Virus record (IMG/VR): IMGVR_UViG_3300005613_000078
Location: 1 to 56,494 of that record
Source: a virus
Taxonomy: Duplodnaviria > Caudoviricetes
Direction: 5' to 3' (one strand)
DNA length: 56,494 nt
In this document: in pieces, positions 1 to 5,403 of the stretch
Layout: every line of letters begins with the position of its first letter
How positions within the stretch are numbered: the stretch's first letter is position 1
Notes under the pieces: model-generated
Seen by the model: only the letters and a program-made list of their open reading frames with translations
What the model was told of the DNA's origin: nothing
The model's database searches: none
Translations under genes and position numbers: made by a program

Positions 1-216
1 GATTCACATTGTGCCGCATGGATTTAAACTGCTGAAGATTGTGTAATGTACGATGAGAATGATGAACCGACTTATCCTTGCGACAAACATCCTGAACTTG
101 CTGAAAGAATCTTCAACGATGTAGGAAACATCGACTACATTTACACTGTTATTCAAGAATGTGTTGATGATCATACAGAAGAGCAATATATGTTACTTCA
201 ACAAGAATTAGTCTGA
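1..216 (+). pseudogene. 5'-truncated small hypothetical ORF with an in-frame TAA at 25-27 (or a 56-aa ORF from ATG at 46)
   Basis: Frame 1 reads DSHCAAWI*TAEDCVMYDENDE...QQELV* with phage-like codon use on both sides of the stop. Its TGA (214-216) abuts repeat R1. Confidence 0.45.
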
Positions 217-251
217 ATTAAAGTTAGTAACCTCGAAAGTTCCCCTATAGT
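217..251 (+). repeat. 35-bp intergenic element R1, directly followed by ATG
   Basis: ATTAAAGTTAGTAACCTCGAAAGTTCCCCTATAGT|ATG. Confidence 0.97.
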
Positions 252-1130
252 ATGCCAAACACACACCTCGAACATCCCGAAGATACCATTTTAACAGGTG
301 ATTTATCTGTCTTCGATGATCTTTACGGCAATGCCTTTCATATTAGTTTGAAGATGGATGGTGCGCCTGCTGTTGTATGGGGAACGCACAATGATCGGTT
401 CTTTGTATGCACCAAATCTGCATTTAACAAGAAAAAGATTAAACTATGTTATACAGTTGATGATATTCATCAACACTTTGGTCATCAGGAAGATGTTGCT
501 GATCTTTTATATTTGATGCTTAAGTATCTTCCCCGTGTGGAAGGTGTGTATCAAGGTGACTTCCTAGGTTACGGTCGGAAACATATACTTAGCAACAACA
601 CGCTAACATATGTTTTCCCTGAAAAGATTGACCAAAAACTTGTTATCGCACCACATACAAAGTATTATGTTGATGGTGAATTGTGTGATGCTGTTCCACT
701 TCCACTAAGGGAATGTTTCGACAATACTCCTCACGTTCGTTTCGTAATGCCTGCGGTTGATCGTATCAATCCAAGACAAAATGCACCTAAGATTGATACA
801 TCTGTTGTGCAGTTCTTGACAGATAAGGAAGCATATCAGGCAAAGCAAAGTATCAATGCAGTTATCAAATCTGGTCAGGAACTTGATGATGCTACCCTAA
901 CAGATATTCTAGGTTGTCAACACCTTGCTAACCTTTATCAGTGGGTGATTGAAGTCAAGGAAGATCTAATTGATAGCATGATTGTTTACAGTGACTTCAT
1001 GACTTTTCTTCCTAATCATGAACAAACTGTCGGTGAAGGTTTTGTATACTGGACCGAACAAGGTGCGTTGAAGCTAGTGAACCGAACTGTATTCAGTTAT
1101 GCAAACTTTACTGAAGGTAGATTTGGTTGA
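252..1130 (+). CDS. RNA-ligase-like covalent nucleotidyltransferase-fold protein (NTHLEHxED family, DUF6267-like)
   Basis: 292 aa. Motif I SLKMDG, motif III-like YQGDF, motif IV EGFV and motif V-like LKLV occur in the order seen in the ATP-dependent ligase/capping enzyme superfamily. Confidence 0.6.
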   Translation: MPNTHLEHPEDTILTGDLSVFDDLYGNAFHISLKMDGAPAVVWGTHNDRFFVCTKSAFNKKKIKLCYTVDDIHQHFGHQEDVADLLYLMLKYLPRVEGVYQGDFLGYGRKHILSNNTLTYVFPEKIDQKLVIAPHTKYYVDGELCDAVPLPLRECFDNTPHVRFVMPAVDRINPRQNAPKIDTSVVQFLTDKEAYQAKQSINAVIKSGQELDDATLTDILGCQHLANLYQWVIEVKEDLIDSMIVYSDFMTFLPNHEQTVGEGFVYWTEQGALKLVNRTVFSYANFTEGRFG

Positions 1131-1165
1131 ATTAAAGTTAGTAACCTTGAAATGTCCATTATAGT
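1131..1165 (+). repeat. 35-bp element R2, followed by GTAAG leader
   Basis: ATTAAAGTTAGTAACCTTGAAATGTCCATTATAGT|GTAAGAAC; begins immediately after the upstream TGA. Confidence 0.97.
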
Positions 1166-1180
1166 GTAAGAACGAAACCT

Positions 1181-1432
1181 ATGAAACCATTTCCCTACAC
1201 TGAAGTCAACGCAATCGAGCGTGAAATGTGTGATCTTCGTGCTGAAGTCTCCAGTCTTCAGATTCAACTTGAAAACACACAACGTTGCCTTAATTCACTG
1301 CAACGTAAGCGTCAGGATCTAATCAACTTCTCCCGCGAAGGTAATCTTTTCGAGCAAATGTTTGGTGAAGAAGTATCAGTGCCAAGTATCTACACTGATA
1401 CTCCCATGGCAGAAGAAGTGTACGGAGGTTGA
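1181..1432 (+). CDS. small hypothetical protein, coiled-coil
   Basis: 83 aa ORF starting 15 nt after R2; heptad-like LRAEVSSLQIQLENTQRCLNSL. Confidence 0.8.
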   Translation: MKPFPYTEVNAIEREMCDLRAEVSSLQIQLENTQRCLNSLQRKRQDLINFSREGNLFEQMFGEEVSVPSIYTDTPMAEEVYGG

Positions 1433-1602
1433 TGATGATTACCAAAAAAGCACAAATGCTCAACATCATGAAAAAATGTGATGGTGGGTCTACATTAACA
1501 CGGGAAGAAAAGTTTGAAGTTTTCTGTCGTGTGTGTGATAATATGTTAAAAGAGGGAAGATTGTCCAAAGCAAATCATAAACGCTGGACAAATATCTGGT
1601 AA
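1432..1602 (+). CDS. small hypothetical protein (56 aa, not in ORF track)
   Basis: TGATG coupling to the upstream gene; MMITKKAQMLNIMKKC...KRWTNIW; the last base of its stop codon is the first base of R3. Confidence 0.75.
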   Translation: MMITKKAQMLNIMKKCDGGSTLTREEKFEVFCRVCDNMLKEGRLSKANHKRWTNIW

Positions 1603-1636
1603 TTAAAGTTAGTAACCTCGAAAGGTCTGCATTGGT
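1602..1636 (+). repeat. 35-bp element R3, directly followed by ATG
   Basis: ATTAAAGTTAGTAACCTCGAAAGGTCTGCATTGGT|ATG. Confidence 0.95.
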
Positions 1637-1840
1637 ATGGAAAGCACAATCGCCCGAAAGATGAACATTCTGGATCAAATCAAAGGTTACAAAGTTCAGG
1701 ATGATGATGGTTCGATCTATACCGTTGTTGATGTTAAGTTCTTCAATGGTATTGTTGACTTGATTGGGTTAGAAACAACTGATGATCGGGTTGTATATTG
1801 CCCCATCAATCGTTATATGGAAATGGCATCAATCGCCTAA
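1637..1840 (+). CDS. small hypothetical protein
   Basis: 67 aa ORF starting exactly after R3; alternative ATG at 1661. Confidence 0.8.
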   Translation: MESTIARKMNILDQIKGYKVQDDDGSIYTVVDVKFFNGIVDLIGLETTDDRVVYCPINRYMEMASIA

Positions 1841-1856
1841 ATTATTAAGGAAAACT

Positions 1857-2054
1857 ATGAACAATACCATGCGAGATTTATTCCAGGAAGCACTTCAATC
1901 ACTGCCAGATTTCATTTATGAAATGAACCCTAATTGGGAAATGGTTTATGATTATGTTTGCGAACAAATCAAAGAAGATGAACTTAATTCAGATCAGATT
2001 TCAAAGATGATTAAAGTTTATGATGATGCGATGGGTTATAGTGAAGCAGGTTAA
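1857..2054 (+). CDS. small acidic hypothetical protein (65 aa, MNNTMRDLF...)
   Basis: ATG at 1857 preceded by AAGGA; same frame as track ORF 1782..2054. Confidence 0.75.
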   Translation: MNNTMRDLFQEALQSLPDFIYEMNPNWEMVYDYVCEQIKEDELNSDQISKMIKVYDDAMGYSEAG

Positions 2055-2064
2055 TCCTTTAACA

Positions 2065-2099
2065 ATTAAAGTTAGTAACCTTGAAATGTCCCCTATAGT
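2065..2099 (+). repeat. 35-bp element R4, directly followed by ATG
   Basis: ATTAAAGTTAGTAACCTTGAAATGTCCCCTATAGT|ATG. Confidence 0.97.
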
Positions 2100-2336
2100 A
2101 TGAATAACACTAAATCCATTACTTTCCGTCAAGCTCTTAACATTCTGGAGGAGCAGTTTGATTCAACTTATCGTGGTATTTCTACGGTAAAAGAAATGAC
2201 AACTGATCTAGTTTCTGCTATTAGTTTTGAAGGTGAAGATCCCAATAAAATCTATCATCGTTTCGAGACTGAAGTTGGTCCGAATCGTATTGTTGAAGAT
2301 GATCAAATCATTGCCCTTGCACTTCATTACGTTTGA
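2100..2336 (+). CDS. small hypothetical protein
   Basis: 78 aa ORF starting exactly after R4. Confidence 0.8.
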   Translation: MNNTKSITFRQALNILEEQFDSTYRGISTVKEMTTDLVSAISFEGEDPNKIYHRFETEVGPNRIVEDDQIIALALHYV

Positions 2337-2344
2337 AAAAAACC

Positions 2345-2575
2345 ATGATTGTTTATCAAGCAGAAAACCAAGGTTGTGCCTATTCCATTGATAGTGAAGG
2401 CACCTTATTCTACACGCCAATGTATCAAGATGGAACTGTGAATCTTGAAGATTGGTGTGAAGTAGATCTAATGCAACTATTAGGTGAAGATGAGAATCTT
2501 CGTTTGGAAGTTGATGCAATCCACGAACAACTTATCAGTATCAGTAAACTAATGGGTGAGTATTTCAAGAAATGA
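2345..2575 (+). CDS. small acidic hypothetical protein
   Basis: ATG at 2345 (TTG at 2333 is an alternative); fills the gap between neighbouring genes. Confidence 0.75.
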   Translation: MIVYQAENQGCAYSIDSEGTLFYTPMYQDGTVNLEDWCEVDLMQLLGEDENLRLEVDAIHEQLISISKLMGEYFKK

Positions 2576-2778
2576 ATCAGCACAAAGCACTGCAACTTCT
2601 CGCGCAAGGTTTTAAGAATGATCTTGCCAAAAGTATCTACGAAGATGAAAAGTTCACTGAATTGATGATGGAATTGTCATTCAAGTTTGTGGAAGATAAC
2701 GTGCCAGTTGTCGAAGAAGATGTTCAATACGAACTGGCACTAATGTTAATGGAAACCCTGAATCTATCAACGTATTAA
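2572..2778 (+). CDS. small hypothetical protein
   Basis: 68 aa; ATGA overlap with the upstream gene; its TAA lies inside R5. Confidence 0.8.
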   Translation: MNQHKALQLLAQGFKNDLAKSIYEDEKFTELMMELSFKFVEDNVPVVEEDVQYELALMLMETLNLSTY

Positions 2779-2808
2779 AGTTAGTAACCTCCAAACGTCC
2801 CCTATAGT
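2774..2808 (+). repeat. 35-bp element R5, directly followed by ATG
   Basis: ATTAAAGTTAGTAACCTCCAAACGTCCCCTATAGT|ATG. Confidence 0.97.
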
Positions 2809-2994
2809 ATGAACAACACTTCAACCAAAATCGAAGAACCAAAGTTCCTCCTTTATGGGGAATGGATTCGCCCTAATGGTCATCAAATGTACGACATCTT
2901 GGGTTATATCAAACCCACAAGAGAGGAAGCAATCGCTACATGTAGGCGACTTAATCCTCACTTCCATATCACACACATTGAGGTCGAAAAATAA
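2809..2994 (+). CDS. small hypothetical protein
   Basis: 61 aa ORF filling the space between R5 and R6. Confidence 0.75.
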   Translation: MNNTSTKIEEPKFLLYGEWIRPNGHQMYDILGYIKPTREEAIATCRRLNPHFHITHIEVEK

Positions 2995-2998
2995 AGGT

Positions 2999-3033
2999 AT
3001 TAAAGTTAGTAACCTCCAAACGTCCCCTATAGT
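2999..3033 (+). repeat. 35-bp element R6 (identical to R5), directly followed by ATG
   Basis: ATTAAAGTTAGTAACCTCCAAACGTCCCCTATAGT|ATG. Confidence 0.97.
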
Positions 3034-3237
3034 ATGAACAACACTTCAATTATGGTAGATTACACTTTGGTCAAAGAACAACTCGGAACCGTTGTCACTG
3101 ACGGTTCAAACGAATATGTTGTTTATGATTTTAAGATTGGGTGTGCTGCTTATCAACTTTGGGACAAAAAAGAACAGGCATTTTATTACACTGATTACAA
3201 TGCCTTCAATACACTTTATCAGCAAATCTCTGGTTGA
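3034..3237 (+). CDS. small hypothetical protein
   Basis: 67 aa ORF between R6 and R7; alternative ATG at 3052. Confidence 0.8.
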   Translation: MNNTSIMVDYTLVKEQLGTVVTDGSNEYVVYDFKIGCAAYQLWDKKEQAFYYTDYNAFNTLYQQISG

Positions 3238-3271
3238 TTAAAGTTAGTAACCTCCAAACGTCCCTATTAAC
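3237..3271 (+). repeat. 35-bp element R7, followed by GTAAG leader
   Basis: ATTAAAGTTAGTAACCTCCAAACGTCCCTATTAAC|GTAAGCAC. Confidence 0.95.
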
Positions 3272-3293
3272 GTAAGCACTGATTCAAACCACA

Positions 3294-3641
3294 ATGCGTA
3301 AGATCGAAGCACAGATGATTGCTGCCATCAACAAGAATCAGAACTGGCAATCTGCTAATACTTCTGTTCACTTTGACGAAGAAACTAACACTTCTATTGT
3401 TCGTCTTCATGGTAACAAAATTGCAGAAATTGATGATACCAGCATGACAATCTTCGATGGTGGTTATCAATCAAAGACGACCAAATCACGCCTTAACGTT
3501 CTCTGTCAGGAGTTCTGTATTGCAGGCGAAGGAGTATTTCAAAAGAATTATAATTGGTTCGTTCGTCATTACGTTGGTGCCGTAAATGGTGTTGATAAGT
3601 TCATCACTAAGGAGTTCACTAATGGTTACGTTTTCGCCTGA
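3294..3641 (+). CDS. hypothetical phage protein (MRKIE...TTKSRLN type)
   Basis: 115 aa ORF after R7; motifs LHGNKIA and GGYQSKTTKSRLN resemble a recurrent phage hypothetical family. Confidence 0.85.
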   Translation: MRKIEAQMIAAINKNQNWQSANTSVHFDEETNTSIVRLHGNKIAEIDDTSMTIFDGGYQSKTTKSRLNVLCQEFCIAGEGVFQKNYNWFVRHYVGAVNGVDKFITKEFTNGYVFA

Positions 3642-3669
3642 TTCATTTGCTCGCTTGATTAACACTAAC

Positions 3670-3894
3670 ATGAAAAACAACACTAACACTTTCGTTCCCA
3701 ATCCCATGCATGAAATGTTAATGGCAAGAGAACAACTAATGGAGGACATTGATTCTATTATTGAAGGTTTTTACTTTGATAATCCAGTTCAAAACTGCTG
3801 CGGCGCTGACCGTCTCCAACTAACTGCTGCTGATAGTGATGAACTCATCCGCACACTATGTGATGCCGTCTGCAAAAACTTCCCCACTAACTAA
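3670..3894 (+). CDS. small hypothetical protein
   Basis: 3' part of track ORF 3586..3894; start uncertain (3670 or 3706). Confidence 0.7.
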   Translation: MKNNTNTFVPNPMHEMLMAREQLMEDIDSIIEGFYFDNPVQNCCGADRLQLTAADSDELIRTLCDAVCKNFPTN

Positions 3895-3904
3895 CACTCT
3901 TATT

Positions 3905-4075
3905 ATGAACAAAGATTCACTAATTGAAGCATATGTTAATCGGGTTATTGATGGTTTAGACCTTGATGATTGTCTTGCTATTCTTCATGATTATATGACC
4001 AAATCGTATGAAGATTATTCACTGGAAGAGATGAAAGAAGAGGTCAATGAGTATTACCCTGAATTGTTAGAATAG
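3905..4075 (+). CDS. small acidic hypothetical protein (56 aa, MNKDSLIEAY...YYPELLE)
   Basis: Non-overlapping ATG within track ORF 3836..4075. Confidence 0.75.
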   Translation: MNKDSLIEAYVNRVIDGLDLDDCLAILHDYMTKSYEDYSLEEMKEEVNEYYPELLE

Positions 4076-4288
4076 GGGTTGAAAATACTCCATAAATACC
4101 ACATTTTCATTGAAAACGATTAAAAAAGGTTTTTTTTAATGTATTTGTGTGTTTTGTTTGATATGTAACAAATCGTGTTAAATGCACTGGAAAGGTACTG
4201 TGAAGATGCTTACAATACGCTGTGAAGGTACTCTTTTGCAGTATTATTGTCCCTATAAAGGTGTCATCTTGTAGTGATATTAGACCGC

Positions 4289-4317
4289 AGTCTATCACAC
4301 CTTCCCGCATAAGTCAA
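4289..4317 (-). promoter_or_regulatory. sigma70-type promoter on the minus strand, with extended -10
   Basis: Minus strand reads TTGACT-17 nt-TAGACT with TG at -15/-14. Confidence 0.65.
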
Positions 4318-4358
4318 CACCGCCCCAGTATCAACATTGAAACCCACACATTTTTCAC

Positions 4359-4387
4359 TTGACTAACACTTACTTTTATAGTATATT
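4359..4387 (+). promoter_or_regulatory. sigma70-type promoter overlapping repeat R8
   Basis: TTGACT-17 nt-TATATT. Confidence 0.6.
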
Positions 4388-4416
4388 GTTAGTAACCTCC
4401 GAATGTCCCCTATAGC
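4382..4416 (+). repeat. 35-bp element R8 (5' end divergent), followed by GTAAG leader
   Basis: TATATTGTTAGTAACCTCCGAATGTCCCCTATAGC|GTAAGCAC. Confidence 0.92.
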
Positions 4417-4434
4417 GTAAGCACACAATCCCAC

Positions 4435-4698
4435 ATGACAGCATCACAAACCACCACCCGGACTCGTTACACTAACGACGAAGAATGGTTGCTGGCAGAT
4501 CTTATCTGTGACGGCAATACTCCTGCTGAAGTATACACTAAGTTCCGTGAGGTTTATGATACCCACAGCGAAGGATCTATCAACCTGCAGTATCGTCAGG
4601 CAGTTAATCTGTGGACCCATGGTAAACAGGGAATGTCACACAAAACTAACAGTTTCATGGAGAAACTAATTGCAATCGACCCTGATACTTTCGGTTGA
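4435..4698 (+). CDS. hypothetical protein, possible Myb/SANT-like helix-turn-helix
   Basis: 87 aa; RYTNDEEWLL...HSEGSINLQY resembles the WTxEEdxxL...RsxxsixxRy pattern. ORF is solid; domain call is tentative. Confidence 0.55.
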   Translation: MTASQTTTRTRYTNDEEWLLADLICDGNTPAEVYTKFREVYDTHSEGSINLQYRQAVNLWTHGKQGMSHKTNSFMEKLIAIDPDTFG

Positions 4699-4721
4699 TT
4701 TGTGTAAACTACAGCGGAGGT

Positions 4722-4756
4722 AATAAAGTTAGTTACCTCCAAATGTCCCCATTAAC
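4722..4756 (+). repeat. 35-bp element R9, followed by GTAAG leader
   Basis: AATAAAGTTAGTTACCTCCAAATGTCCCCATTAAC|GTAAGCAC. Confidence 0.92.
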
Positions 4757-4775
4757 GTAAGCACGAATCACGAAC

Positions 4776-4928
4776 ATGACTCAAACCGAATCATTCATTC
4801 AGGCACTCTACAATCTCATCGATCTGAAAATTATCGACCTGGATGAGTATCAGTGCCTGCTGGACAACTTCACTACCACGGAAGAATTGGATGCTTATCT
4901 AACAGCAAGGGAAGACATCACTATTTGA
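4776..4928 (+). CDS. small acidic hypothetical protein (50 aa, not in ORF track)
   Basis: MTQTESFIQALYNLIDLKIIDLDEYQCLLDNFTTTEELDAYLTAREDITI*, starting 19 nt after R9. Confidence 0.75.
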   Translation: MTQTESFIQALYNLIDLKIIDLDEYQCLLDNFTTTEELDAYLTAREDITI

Positions 4929-4953
4929 CATCGGGGGGAATATGTGGTAGACT
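4925..4953 (+). promoter_or_regulatory. sigma70-type promoter with extended -10
   Basis: TTGACA-17 nt-TAGACT with TG at -15/-14. Confidence 0.7.
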
Positions 4954-5135
4954 TACAGTATTGTGAATTCGACAGTGATTGGGCGTCTTATTTGTTAGCG
5001 TCCGGCGGGCGTAGCGTGTATAAGGTATCGGTATAATGTTTAATGTCCCCCCCCCCTACCTAAAAAAGCGGGTCCCTTCTAACCTACAAAAGTATATACC
5101 CGGTCGCTATATAATTCGTTGAATGAAATAAGTTT

Positions 5136-5357
5136 ATGATAAAAAATTCCCCAGAAAAAATTATGCCCCAAAAGGTTTTTCACATATACGCGAAGGATGA
5201 ATGTTTATATCCAAATCTAACTGAAGAACAATTTAATAATACTTGGACAACCCTTAATGGAATGGTTGGTCTCATGAAGACTGACTATGAAGTTGAGGAT
5301 TTATCTTATGAAGAATTAGAGAAACCCGAACTAGATACAGAAGAATCGTCGTATTGA
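5136..5357 (+). CDS. hypothetical protein
   Basis: 73 aa (alternative start 5163); acidic C-terminus. Confidence 0.75.
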   Translation: MIKNSPEKIMPQKVFHIYAKDECLYPNLTEEQFNNTWTTLNGMVGLMKTDYEVEDLSYEELEKPELDTEESSY

Positions 5358-5382
5358 CAGCGCATATATATCACGTTATAAT
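5354..5382 (+). promoter_or_regulatory. consensus sigma70 promoter
   Basis: Perfect TTGACA-17 nt-TATAAT, ending 21 nt before ATG 5404. Confidence 0.9.
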
Positions 5383-5403
5383 TGAGTTGAGTTTTAAAGA
5401 CTT

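Noticed and set aside
4107-4310. Minus-strand 67-aa ORF
   Set aside because: Its start lies inside the predicted minus-strand promoter and it crosses homopolymer tracts; more likely non-coding.
217-4756. 35-bp repeats as a CRISPR array
   Set aside because: Intervals are 190-1110 bp, irregular and protein-coding; the 3' half of the repeat varies; no cas genes in the window.
217-4756. Repeats as canonical integron attC sites
   Set aside because: GTTAGTA does not fit GTTRRRY, the element is shorter than attC and lacks a long stem, and no intI is visible. Only the organisation is analogous.
217-4756. Repeat core as an NtcA box or a true T7 promoter
   Set aside because: No conserved GTA-N8-TAC. 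Similarity to T7/SP6 promoters is limited to CTATAG and no single-subunit RNAP gene is in the window.
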